Of a stretch of DNA of 64,000 nucleotides, positions 18,962-28,599 are shown one piece after another; the first letter of the stretch is position 1, and every line of letters begins with the position of its first letter. Location of the stretch: assembly GCA_965217895.1 (NCBI GenBank), contig CBDCJV010000002.1, positions 2,752,001 through 2,816,000 on the forward strand, read 5' to 3'. The stretch comes from Waterburya sp. (lineage in GTDB: Bacteria > Cyanobacteriota > Cyanobacteriia > Cyanobacteriales > Xenococcaceae). Below the pieces are notes generated by a model that ran no database searches, was not told the origin of the DNA, and saw only the letters and a list, made by a program, of their open reading frames with translations. The position numbers and the translations under genes are program-made.

Positions 18962-20596
18962 ATGAATGGAAAAGAGCCTCGTTCGAGAAAAAGTTCTAGC
19001 CTTAATTCTTTAAAGCGAGTTCCTGGAGATAGAAATCTGCAAAAATGGGGGTTTGATATTCACCCAGAAGTTTTTTTTGTTTCGGCAGGACTAATTCTAC
19101 TTTTTGTATTAGTAACTCTTATTTTTCAGAAACCAGCAGAAGCAGCCTTTAGCAGCTTACAAACCTTTATTGCCAATGCAATGGGTTGGTTTATGATTTT
19201 GGTAGTTAGTATCTACTTAAGCGTAGTTGTCATTCTGGCATTTAGTCGGTTTGGCAAAATCCGCCTTGGAGGACAGAATGCTCGTCCAGAATTTCCCACC
19301 TTTGCCTGGCTTGCCATGCTTATGAGTGCAGGTATGGGAATTGGACTGATGTTCTGGAGCGTTGCCGAACCAGTTTTTCACTTTCAAACTCCGCCGATTG
19401 GTGGCGTGAAGACCAATACAGCAGCAGCAGCACAGGAAGCGTTGGGCATTACCTTTTTTCACTGGGGACTTCATGCCTGGGGAGTATATGCGCTTGTTGG
19501 ATTGGCTTTAGGCTTTTTTGCCTATAATCGCGGCTTACCTCTAACTATTCGTTCTGTATTTTATCCCCTGTTGGGCGATCGCATTTATGGTTGGTGGGGT
19601 AATGTAGTTGATATTCTAGCGGTGGCATCAACTTTGTTTGGACTAGCCACTTCTTTAGGTTTGGGGGTACAGCAGGTTAATGCAGGACTTAATTTCTTGT
19701 TCGGACTGGCGAACAATACTTCAGTTCAAGTTGCTTTGATTGCGATTATTACTGGTTTTGCCACCGCCTCCGTAGTATCTGGCTTGGATAGTGGCGTGCG
19801 CCGTTTGAGCGAACTGAATATGTTGCTGGCTGGTTTATTTATGGCGTTTGTGCTGTTAGCTGGACCAACATTATTTATTCTCGGTTCATTTGTGCAAACC
19901 CTTGGTTATTATATTGCCTCACTGCCTACCCTCAGCTTTTGGACGGAGACTTTCGAGCAAACCGACTGGCAAAATAGCTGGACAGTATTTTACTGGGGTT
20001 GGTGGGTATCTTGGTCGCCTTTCGTTGGTATTTTTATCGCTCGCATCTCTAAGGGTAGAACTATACGGGAGTTTATCTTAGGAGTTTTACTGCTACCTTC
20101 TTTACTGACTTTTTTATGGATGTCTACTTTTGGCGGTACGGCACTGTTTTTAGAACTAACTCAACCAGGGACAGCAATTAGCCAAGCGGTTGAAGATAAT
20201 GTAGCAACGGCACTGTTTGTGATGTTGCAGCAGTTACCTCTAACCGGCATCACTTCTTTTATTGGCATTATCTTAGTAGTCGTATTTTTTGTCACCTCTT
20301 CCGACTCAGGCTCGTTAGTAGTAGATAGCATAACCTCTGGAGGAAAATTAGATTCTCCTACTCCTCAAAGAGTATTTTGGGCAGTTACCGAAGGAGTAGT
20401 AGCAGCAGCTTTGCTTTTGGGCGGTGGTTTAGAAGCCCTACAAACTGCTTCTATTACTACAGGCTTGCCTTTTGCTGTAGTGCTTTTGGTAATGTGCTTT
20501 AGTCTCTATCGTGGTTTAAATGAAGAAATGGCAATGTTAGAGGCAGAGGAACTTAGAGAAACTGAGGTAGAAAAAAGCCTGATTGTGAATAAGTAA
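18962..20596 (+). CDS. BCCT family transporter, glycine-betaine type
   Basis: SAGMGIGLMFW; FHWGLHAW; WTVFYWGWWVSWSPFVGIFIARISKGRT. Confidence 0.95.
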   Translation: MNGKEPRSRKSSSLNSLKRVPGDRNLQKWGFDIHPEVFFVSAGLILLFVLVTLIFQKPAEAAFSSLQTFIANAMGWFMILVVSIYLSVVVILAFSRFGKIRLGGQNARPEFPTFAWLAMLMSAGMGIGLMFWSVAEPVFHFQTPPIGGVKTNTAAAAQEALGITFFHWGLHAWGVYALVGLALGFFAYNRGLPLTIRSVFYPLLGDRIYGWWGNVVDILAVASTLFGLATSLGLGVQQVNAGLNFLFGLANNTSVQVALIAIITGFATASVVSGLDSGVRRLSELNMLLAGLFMAFVLLAGPTLFILGSFVQTLGYYIASLPTLSFWTETFEQTDWQNSWTVFYWGWWVSWSPFVGIFIARISKGRTIREFILGVLLLPSLLTFLWMSTFGGTALFLELTQPGTAISQAVEDNVATALFVMLQQLPLTGITSFIGIILVVVFFVTSSDSGSLVVDSITSGGKLDSPTPQRVFWAVTEGVVAAALLLGGGLEALQTASITTGLPFAVVLLVMCFSLYRGLNEEMAMLEAEELRETEVEKSLIVNK

Positions 20597-20604
20597 TAAG
20601 TCTA

Positions 20605-21267
20605 ATGAATGAACTTTTACCGCCTTGGTCATTACTTACAGCCTTTTTAGCTGCCAGCTTCATTCTGGCAGTAACACCTGGACCTGGTGTTTTCTATATT
20701 GTCACTCGCAGCCTAGCTCAAGGCAGGCGTTCTGGTCTGGCTTCCGTTGCGGGGGTTGCGTTGGGCAACCTTGGCAATGCCATCGGTGCATCGGTAGGAC
20801 TGGCTGCTGTATTTGCCGTGTCGTCAGTTGCCTTCACGGCAGTCAAGTATGCGGGAGCTTTGTATCTAGTTTATATGGGAATTCAAGTACTGCGTAGCGA
20901 AGCCATGCCGTCGGGCTTATCGCCTGAGTCAGAAGTGAGGAGAAAAGACCTTAAGTCTGCTCAACCCTGGAGGATTTTTCGAGATGGTTTTCTAGTGGCG
21001 TTATTCAATCCCAAAACAGCCATTTTCTTTGCTGCTTTTCTGCCTCAATTTATGGGGACAACAACGCCCATGCTGCAAAGCGTGATACTTGGTGCGCTAT
21101 TTGTGGCAATAGCTGCGACAACCGATACCCTTTATGCGTTAGCTGCGGGTTCTATTGCCCCAGCGTTAGCACGAGCAAAGGGATTTCGCCAAGGACGTTA
21201 CTTAACTGGTGGTGCATTTATTGGACTAGGTATGATGACTGCCTTTGCTGGTCGTAGCAGCAAATAG
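20605..21267 (+). CDS. LysE/RhtB family amino acid exporter
   Basis: TPGPG, KYAGALYLVYMG, NPKTAIFF. Confidence 0.92.
   Translation: MNELLPPWSLLTAFLAASFILAVTPGPGVFYIVTRSLAQGRRSGLASVAGVALGNLGNAIGASVGLAAVFAVSSVAFTAVKYAGALYLVYMGIQVLRSEAMPSGLSPESEVRRKDLKSAQPWRIFRDGFLVALFNPKTAIFFAAFLPQFMGTTTPMLQSVILGALFVAIAATTDTLYALAAGSIAPALARAKGFRQGRYLTGGAFIGLGMMTAFAGRSSK
20895..20918 (+). repeat. 24-nt in-frame short dispersed repeat inserted in HIP1
   Basis: GCG[TAGCGAAGCCATGCCGTCGGGCTT]ATCGC. Confidence 0.75.
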
Positions 21268-21327
21268 CTATTGATGAGTGGTTCAAAAAAATAATTATAA
21301 TAAATAACTGTAAATTATTGATTTGTA

Positions 21328-22485
21328 ATGGTGCAAAAATTTGATGCGATCGTTCTGGGTGCTGGAGGTGTAGGTAGTGCTGCTGCTTACTATCTTGCTA
21401 GATCGGGACAAAAAGTTTTATTACTAGAGCAGTTTGAACTCAACCATCAATTAGGAAGTTCCTACGGCTTTTCGCGGGTAATTCGCTATACTTACGACAA
21501 TCCAATCTATATCGAGCTAATGCGGGCTGCTTATCCCCTGTGGTTTGCTTTACAAGAAGAAGCAGGAGAGCAGCTTTATGTAAAGACAGGAGGTTTAGAT
21601 TTTGGCTTTCCCACCGAAGATACATTCCAAAAGCTAAAGCAAAGTATGGATGGGGCAGGATTAGATTATGAATATTTAGACAAACAAGAGGTTAGGCAGC
21701 GTTTTCCTCAGTTTAATCTGGATAATGGTATGGCAGCTTTGTTTCAGGCGGACACGGGCTTGCTAAGAGCTTCTGGCTGTGTGCTGGCTCATATTCGTTT
21801 AGCTCAAAAGCACGGGGCGACAGTTTGCGATCGCACTCCCGTCATTAAGATTATTCCCCATACTGATAGTGTAGAGGTACATACCGAAACAGAGACTTAC
21901 ATAGCCGAACGTCTGGTAATCACCGTAGGTAGCTGGTCAAAAGCTTTACTCGCCGAACAAGGTATTGATCTACCGCTAAAAATTATGCCCTGTCAGCTAG
22001 GATTTTACCGACCAAAAGAACCAGCAGCATTTAAGCCTGGAAACTTTCCCGTATTTTTTGCTCACATGAATGGCGAATACGGCGAGATGCCCTATGGTAT
22101 TCCCCACGAAGATGAAAGCATTGGCGTAAAAGTAACAACCTTTTATGGCTGGCAAACTGTAGATCATCCCAGTGAGGTAGACTATACCCCTAGTGAAGAG
22201 TGGGTAGAATATATCCGTAACTTTTCTCGACAATATATTCCTGGTGCAGCAGGAGAAACTCTTTCTACTCGTCGCTGTCTATATACCCTGACACCTGACA
22301 AAGATTTTGTGATTGATCGCCATCCTAATTATCCTCACATAGTATTTGGGGCAGGCTTTTCGGGACACGGTTTTAAATTTACCACCTTGACAGGAAAAAT
22401 GCTGGCGGAGTTGGCTTTAGAAGGAAAAACTCAGCATGATACAAGCTTATTTAAGCTGTCTCGTTTTCAGCAGGTAGCTGTTTAA
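21328..22485 (+). CDS. solA: Monomeric sarcosine oxidase / N-methyl-L-tryptophan oxidase family
   Basis: GAGGVGS, GSSYGFSRVIR, CLYTLTPD (covalent FAD Cys), GFSGHGFKF. Confidence 0.9.
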   Translation: MVQKFDAIVLGAGGVGSAAAYYLARSGQKVLLLEQFELNHQLGSSYGFSRVIRYTYDNPIYIELMRAAYPLWFALQEEAGEQLYVKTGGLDFGFPTEDTFQKLKQSMDGAGLDYEYLDKQEVRQRFPQFNLDNGMAALFQADTGLLRASGCVLAHIRLAQKHGATVCDRTPVIKIIPHTDSVEVHTETETYIAERLVITVGSWSKALLAEQGIDLPLKIMPCQLGFYRPKEPAAFKPGNFPVFFAHMNGEYGEMPYGIPHEDESIGVKVTTFYGWQTVDHPSEVDYTPSEEWVEYIRNFSRQYIPGAAGETLSTRRCLYTLTPDKDFVIDRHPNYPHIVFGAGFSGHGFKFTTLTGKMLAELALEGKTQHDTSLFKLSRFQQVAV

Positions 22486-22559
22486 ACTAGAAATTAAAAT
22501 CAGGCTGCTAGTTGATTAAAGAAGCGATCGCGCTATAAATGATTATTCTGATGTCAATC

Positions 22560-24098
22560 CTATTGCTGTAAATCTTTTTGTAGTTGAGCGATCGCAGCAT
22601 ATTCGGTTTTAAAGCCATCTAAAAGACGACAATAAAGGGGTAAAACTTGCTGATAGTTAGCTACATTACTGGCAATTGGTTGATGCTGATGAATCTCGCC
22701 ATTTATGAGTTGAGATTCGGTCAAATCAGCGATTTCTCCCATAGCGTACAGTCCTAAAATTGCTGCTCCCAAACTAGAGCTTTCATAACTTTCGGGGATG
22801 CTTACTTCTTTATTAAAAACATCAGCCAACATTTGTCTCCATAGGGGAGAGCGGGCAAAACCTCCTGCTGCTCTAATATTTTTTACTTCGCCAGTAATAG
22901 ATTCTAAAGCTTGAAAAACTAAATACAGATTGTAAACTACGCCTTCTAATACCGCCCGAATCAGATGAGCTTTGTTATGATGCAGTGCCAGACCAAAAAA
23001 ACTACCTCTGGCGTTAGCATCCCATAATGGCGATCGCTCTCCTGATAAATAAGGGTGAAAGATCAAGCCTTCTGAGCCTGCGGGGATAGTTGCAGCGATC
23101 GCCGTCAACATATCATAGGGGTTTTGTTTGAGTAACTTAGCGGTATCAATTTCCGCATCGGCTAATTGGTCACGCACCCAGCGCAAAGTGATTCCCCCGT
23201 TATTGACCGCACCGCCGACAACCCAGTAATCTTCGGTTAGAGGATAGCAAAACAACCGTTGTTGGGGATCGGTTTGGGGTTTACTGACGGTTGCCCGAAC
23301 TGCGCCACTTGTGCCAACTGTCACTGTTGCAATGCCAGGAGCGATCGCACCTACTCCTAAATTGGCTAAAACTCCATCATTTGCACCAATGACTACAGGA
23401 GTATCTGCTGCAATACCCATTTCATCTGCATATTCTGTCTTTAGCGATCGCAAAATGTGAGTAGTAGGTACAAGTTGAGATAGCCCAGACGCTTTAATCC
23501 CTGCCAACTCTAGTGCTTCGGTGTCCCAAGTTAAGCTATTGAAATTAAATAAGCCCGTCGCTGAGGCGATGGAGTAATCGACGATATATTCTTGAAATAG
23601 CTGCCAGAAAATATATTCTTTGATGGAAATAAATTTTGCTGCTTGTTGCCAAAGTTCAGGCTTACTTTCCCGTAACCACATCAGTTTGACTAGTGGTGAC
23701 ATTGGGTGAGTCGGAGTTCCCGTACGAGTATATATTTCATGTCCTCCATACTCGTATTTTAGCTTATCTGCCCAGTCAGCACTACGGTTATCTGCCCAAG
23801 TCAAACTTGGTGTCAAAGGTTTTCCTTCGCTATCAACTACAATCAAACTGTGCATCGCTGCACTAAAAGATAGACAGAGAATCTCCGACTGATTTACGCT
23901 ACTTTTCGCAACTACCTGCTTTACAGTTGTGATTACCGCTTGAAAAATTTGCTCTGGGTTTTGTACGGCTGCCCCTAGAGTAGGTGCATTTAGAGGATAC
24001 CCGACTGCGTGCTGTTCAATTAGCTTGCCGCGATCGCTATACAATACTGATTTAGTGCTACTCGTACCAATATCAACACCAATTACATATTTACTCAT
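22560..24098 (-). CDS. gntK: FGGY-family gluconokinase (Bacillus GntK type)
   Basis: GVDIGTSSTK, SFSAAMHSLI, TGTPTHPMSPL, DGVLANLG, PYLSGERSP. Confidence 0.85.
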   Translation of the reverse strand: MSKYVIGVDIGTSSTKSVLYSDRGKLIEQHAVGYPLNAPTLGAAVQNPEQIFQAVITTVKQVVAKSSVNQSEILCLSFSAAMHSLIVVDSEGKPLTPSLTWADNRSADWADKLKYEYGGHEIYTRTGTPTHPMSPLVKLMWLRESKPELWQQAAKFISIKEYIFWQLFQEYIVDYSIASATGLFNFNSLTWDTEALELAGIKASGLSQLVPTTHILRSLKTEYADEMGIAADTPVVIGANDGVLANLGVGAIAPGIATVTVGTSGAVRATVSKPQTDPQQRLFCYPLTEDYWVVGGAVNNGGITLRWVRDQLADAEIDTAKLLKQNPYDMLTAIAATIPAGSEGLIFHPYLSGERSPLWDANARGSFFGLALHHNKAHLIRAVLEGVVYNLYLVFQALESITGEVKNIRAAGGFARSPLWRQMLADVFNKEVSIPESYESSSLGAAILGLYAMGEIADLTESQLINGEIHQHQPIASNVANYQQVLPLYCRLLDGFKTEYAAIAQLQKDLQQ

Positions 24099-24123
24099 TC
24101 TTGCTTTTAAAAACCCTAGAAAA

Positions 24124-26115
24124 CTAGCTAATTGTGCCAGTCAAAGGAGAACTAGCAGTAGCATATTGCTTGACAGGAATTCTACCTGATAGATAAGCTA
24201 GCCTTCCTGCTTCTGCTGCCAAACCCATCGCCCGTGCCATAGCTGCGGGGTTTTTTGCTAGGGCGATCGCGCTATTAACTAGCAAGGCATCTGCACCCAT
24301 TTCCATTGCCAAAGCAGCTTCGCTAGGTGTGCCTATACCTGCATCGACCACCACAGGAATGTTGGCTTCTTCAATGATAATAGCAATATTAGCTGCGTTA
24401 TTAATTCCTTGTCCTGAACCAATTGGTGAACCTAAGGGCATAACTGTAACACAGCCAGCTTCTTCTAGACGTTTAGCTAAAAGCGGATCGGCATTGATAT
24501 AGGGTAAAACTGCAAAGCCTTCTTTAACTAACTGTTCTGCTGCTTCTAGAGTACCGATAGGATCGGGTAACAGATATTTGGCATCGGGAATGACCTCTAG
24601 CTTGATAAAATTATTGTCTTCCTGCCCTAATAATTTTGCCATCTCTCGACCGAGACGAGCAACTCGCACGGCTTCCTCGGCAGTTTTACAGCCTGCGGTA
24701 TTGGGCAGCATCCAGATTTTATCCCAGTCGAGAGCTTCGGCTAAACCTTCGTGTCCTGGGGCTTTGGTTTGAACTCTTCTCACCGCCACGGTAACTATTT
24801 GACAACCGCTAGCAGCTACACTTTGCTGCATCGCCTTGATGCTGGAATACTTGCCTGTACCAGTCATTAAACGAGAATTAAAGGTTCGCCCTGCAATAGT
24901 TAGCTGATTTAGATCTTCAACAATTGTTTGATTAGGTAGTAAAGAATTTGCTGATGAAGCTAGAGAAGGATTTGATTGCATCTGTAAAGATTTTTGAGAA
25001 TTATTGCCCAAGTTGCTAAGAGAAGTCATGCTGGTTGAATTGTAAAAACGTTGATAACTAAATTCTGCTAGGAGAGGGTCAGATTTTTGTTTGAGGATCA
25101 AATCGGTGAGTAAGGCAGCGGTGACGGGAGCAAGCAAAATACCGTTACGGTAATGCCCTGTTGCCAAATATAGATTGCCACAGGCACTACGACCCAGAAT
25201 GGGCAATTCATCAGGAGTACCAGGACGAAAACCCCACCAAAATTCTTCAATCTGCCAATCAGCGATCGCAGGATACAGTTCAGTAGCTCGATCCAACAAA
25301 CTTTGAACACTTTTAGGAGTATTATAAGGAGTCCATTCTACTTCTTCTACCGTTGCACCGATAACCAGTCTACCGTCTTGTCTCGGCACAAGATAAATGC
25401 CTTCACCGTATAAGACTCGCTGGAGAGGAAAAGGCTGATGTGGCTTTTGGGGCATTCGCAAAGATAACATTTGTCCTTTAACTGGACGCACTGGTAATGG
25501 TAGTAATTGACTAGACCATGAACCCGCAGCCAAAACGTATTCTTCTGCTTCTAGCTGTCCTATATCGGTCAAAACCCCGTTTATCCTGCCCTGCTTTTGC
25601 TGTATTGCTTTAACTGCAACTCCTTCTTTAATCTCTACTCCTAAAGTTTGAGCAGCCTGGAGTAAAGATCGCATTAAACAGCGACTATCTACTTGACCAT
25701 CTTCGGGATGCCACCAACCGCCAATGACGCGATCGCTCAATCCTGGTTGATAAAGGTGAATTGCCTGTTTGTCCAACCAAACTGCACCTTTATCTGTTTC
25801 GCTAATAAATTCAGGTTGATTATAAACAGGAGCAAGAATACCGCAGGACAAGTAACCAGTATCAACTCCTGTTAACTCTTCCAACTTTTGTGTCCACTCA
25901 GGATATAGCCAACGGGATCTAGAGCATAAGTCAAACATAGCAGCAGAAGTTAGTTTTTCTGCCATTGGTGCTAACATTCCTGCTGCTGCATGGGAAGCTG
26001 CCTGCATAAAATCTTTGCTAACTACAGTAACTTTTGCTGCCTGACGTTTTAACTCAATAGCGATCGATAGACTTATTATGCCACCGCCAATAATCAGAAT
26101 ATCCTTGGTTTTCAT
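24124..26115 (-). CDS. thiOG: Glycine oxidase ThiO / thiazole synthase ThiG fusion
   Basis: [25 protein letters not shown] (ThiO); [27 protein letters not shown] (ThiG); start ATG 26115. Confidence 0.95.
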   Translation of the reverse strand: MKTKDILIIGGGIISLSIAIELKRQAAKVTVVSKDFMQAASHAAAGMLAPMAEKLTSAAMFDLCSRSRWLYPEWTQKLEELTGVDTGYLSCGILAPVYNQPEFISETDKGAVWLDKQAIHLYQPGLSDRVIGGWWHPEDGQVDSRCLMRSLLQAAQTLGVEIKEGVAVKAIQQKQGRINGVLTDIGQLEAEEYVLAAGSWSSQLLPLPVRPVKGQMLSLRMPQKPHQPFPLQRVLYGEGIYLVPRQDGRLVIGATVEEVEWTPYNTPKSVQSLLDRATELYPAIADWQIEEFWWGFRPGTPDELPILGRSACGNLYLATGHYRNGILLAPVTAALLTDLILKQKSDPLLAEFSYQRFYNSTSMTSLSNLGNNSQKSLQMQSNPSLASSANSLLPNQTIVEDLNQLTIAGRTFNSRLMTGTGKYSSIKAMQQSVAASGCQIVTVAVRRVQTKAPGHEGLAEALDWDKIWMLPNTAGCKTAEEAVRVARLGREMAKLLGQEDNNFIKLEVIPDAKYLLPDPIGTLEAAEQLVKEGFAVLPYINADPLLAKRLEEAGCVTVMPLGSPIGSGQGINNAANIAIIIEEANIPVVVDAGIGTPSEAALAMEMGADALLVNSAIALAKNPAAMARAMGLAAEAGRLAYLSGRIPVKQYATASSPLTGTIS

Positions 26116-26192
26116 CTTCTTAACCCCCGTCCCTATAACTTTACCCCGAAACTCCCTTAACTTTAGTATGGGATATATCCCTAAAAAAAAGT

Positions 26193-26699
26193 ATGCGATC
26201 GCCACTCAACCTCAAAACTTGGCAAAAACAATCAGGCAAAGAAGTACAGGTTTACATTTCTGCTCCTCATCAGTTTGTAATTGACCATCAGCCAGAGCTT
26301 CTACCTGATTGGAATCTCCGTCCAGCTAACTTAGTTCTATTTTTACAGCGATCGTCTATTTCTCTCCAAGAATCCGATCCAGAAGCTGCTCATGAAAAAG
26401 ATATCTTGAGACAGGAGTTTATTCGTTTTGGCTGCAATTTGATTTTTGCTTTACAGGATCGAGGATACAAAAGCGATCTTTTTGATCCTCGTACTGGTTA
26501 TCCTCTATTAACTCGTCCAGGAGAATTAAAGCTAGATGATAATGCGGTAGTCAAAGCACTACTAAATTATCCAGTAATTAGCTACAAAAGTTGCTCTTTA
26601 ATCGTTCATCCGCTCTGGGGTAATTGTGTTTATCCTTCGACAATAGTTTCTTCTGCTCCTCAGAGTTTAATAGAGTCCATAATTAATGAATTGATGTAA
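26193..26699 (+). CDS. MMADHC/CblD-like protein
   Basis: [29 protein letters not shown] motifs. Confidence 0.75.
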   Translation: MRSPLNLKTWQKQSGKEVQVYISAPHQFVIDHQPELLPDWNLRPANLVLFLQRSSISLQESDPEAAHEKDILRQEFIRFGCNLIFALQDRGYKSDLFDPRTGYPLLTRPGELKLDDNAVVKALLNYPVISYKSCSLIVHPLWGNCVYPSTIVSSAPQSLIESIINELM

Positions 26700-26715
26700 G
26701 TACTTAAGCAAACAC

Positions 26716-26819
26716 TAAGTGGGTAGGTGTAATTAAATATAAAATGGATTTGATAGAGGTCAGAGGTCAGGGCAAAAGTTAATGTTGGCATCTTATAAAT
26801 GATTTCGCCCACCTACTTA
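26716..26819. mobile_element. MITE family B copy 2
   Basis: Near-identical to 18757-18868, one fewer internal heptamer (AGAGGTC-type). Confidence 0.85.
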
Positions 26820-27283
26820 TCAAGCAGGACAAAGAAGTCATTGCATTTTACTTTCTAAACATAATAAAATGCGCTATCAGCCTCTTCAATTTTTAGATTA
26901 ATAGGCTGATAAACAAAGCACAAGAAAATTATTTTTTTCTTAATTTAAAGTTAACTTATTTATGGTACTGGCTTTTTTGTTTGCATAACATAAAAAAAAT
27001 CTTGTTTTGTCACAAAAAGCATTGTTAAGCCTAATCCAAAAATTTTTAACCATAAATCAATGACCCACAATATACAAAAACTAGATTGATAGTATGATTA
27101 GCAATTGCTCGTAAACTCGATTGCTTTTATACTTATTTGGTATTTGATGCAGATTAAAAATGAAAATATATAAGCTATAAATATCAAAATGCTAGTTAAA
27201 AATAGCATTTTTTAAATCCTTAATTTTCTCTTTACCTAAATCAAATATTGTTAGTTGTTGACAAACTAATTTACTAAAATCAG

Positions 27284-28360
27284 ATGGTTTTTAAAACTAA
27301 ACAAAATTTTTGCTTAACTCTTATATCAGCGGTGTCTTTAGGACTTGTCGCACAAAATATAGATATTTCTGCTAATAAAGTTAATTTTTCTACCCCTGTT
27401 GCTAATGCACAAGATGTCAGTTTGACTGGTGCTGGTGCATCTTTCCCTGCTCCTCTGTATCAACGCTGGTTTTCTGAATACAATAAACTAAATCCTAACG
27501 TTCAGGTATCTTATCAGTCTGTTGGTAGTGGTGCTGGAGTTGAGCAATTTACTCAAGGAACAGTGGATTTTGGTGCGAGTGATGTGGCAATGACCGATGA
27601 GGAAATGGCTGCGGTACAGCAAGGAGTGGCTTTATTACCTATGACTGCTGGCAGTATTGTACTGGCATATAATTTGCCTGGTGTAACTCAATTAAAATTT
27701 TCTCGTCAAGTTTATGTAGATATTTTACTGGGTAAGATTACCAAATGGAACGATCCCGCGATCGCCTCTCTTAACCCTGATGCCAAGCTTCCCGACAGCA
27801 AAATTACCGTAGTTCATCGCTCAGACGGTAGTGGGACTACTGGAGTATTTACCAAACATCTAAGCGCAATTAGTCCTGAATGGAAACAAAAAGTTGGCGA
27901 TGGTAAAACCGTAGAATGGCCTACAGGTATAGGTGCTAAAGGAAATGAAGGAGTAACGGCTCAAATTCTGCAAACCGAAGGCTCGCTTGGCTACGTTGAA
28001 TATGGTTATGCCAAACAGCAGGATATTCCCTTTGCCTCTTTAGAAAACAAATCGGGAAATTACGTTACAGCCTCTGATGAGTCTGCTGCTAACGCTTTGA
28101 GTGCTACCACCTTACCAGAAAATCTCAGGGCTTTTGTTACCGACCCAGAAGGCGAAAATTCTTATCCTATTGTTACCTATACTTGGATTTTGGCATATCA
28201 AAATTATAGCGATCCTAATAAATTGCAAGGTTTGAAGGACGTAATCAACTGGTCATTAACTGACGGACAGGCTTATGCCAAAGAATTAGGTTATGTTCCT
28301 CTACCTGCTAACGTAGTACAGAAGGTTCAGGCAAAGCTAGATACAATTCAAGCCAAGTAA
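27284..28360 (+). CDS. pstS: Phosphate ABC transporter substrate-binding protein
   Basis: GAGASFPAPLY, YQSVGSGAG, DFGASD, HRSDGSGTT, GAKGNEGV. Confidence 0.96.
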   Translation: MVFKTKQNFCLTLISAVSLGLVAQNIDISANKVNFSTPVANAQDVSLTGAGASFPAPLYQRWFSEYNKLNPNVQVSYQSVGSGAGVEQFTQGTVDFGASDVAMTDEEMAAVQQGVALLPMTAGSIVLAYNLPGVTQLKFSRQVYVDILLGKITKWNDPAIASLNPDAKLPDSKITVVHRSDGSGTTGVFTKHLSAISPEWKQKVGDGKTVEWPTGIGAKGNEGVTAQILQTEGSLGYVEYGYAKQQDIPFASLENKSGNYVTASDESAANALSATTLPENLRAFVTDPEGENSYPIVTYTWILAYQNYSDPNKLQGLKDVINWSLTDGQAYAKELGYVPLPANVVQKVQAKLDTIQAK

Positions 28361-28369
28361 GACAACTTT

Positions 28370-28498
28370 GGCGTTGCTGATTTGAAGTATGAAACTGAAA
28401 AGTAACCTGTTCGTAGCTATCAGCTATTAGCTATTAGCTTTTTGATCGATCTGCTCAATCGTTAAAATGGTAGAATCATACCTCGATCCAGCAACGCC
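28370..28498. mobile_element. MITE family A copy 2 (inverted relative to copy 1)
   Basis: GGCGTTGCTGATTTGAAGTATGA..TCATACCTCGATCCAGCAACGCC. Confidence 0.85.
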
Positions 28499-28599
28499 AT
28501 AAAATACATTTTGAGCGAGAATGAGTTGAAAGGATAGTCAGTAGACTAAGTATCTGTTAGGCTATAGCTTCTAATCTGATAATTGCCTAATTCTAATCG

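Noticed and set aside
24124..26115. ThiO-ThiG fusion as a novelty
   Set aside because: Already known in cyanobacteria.
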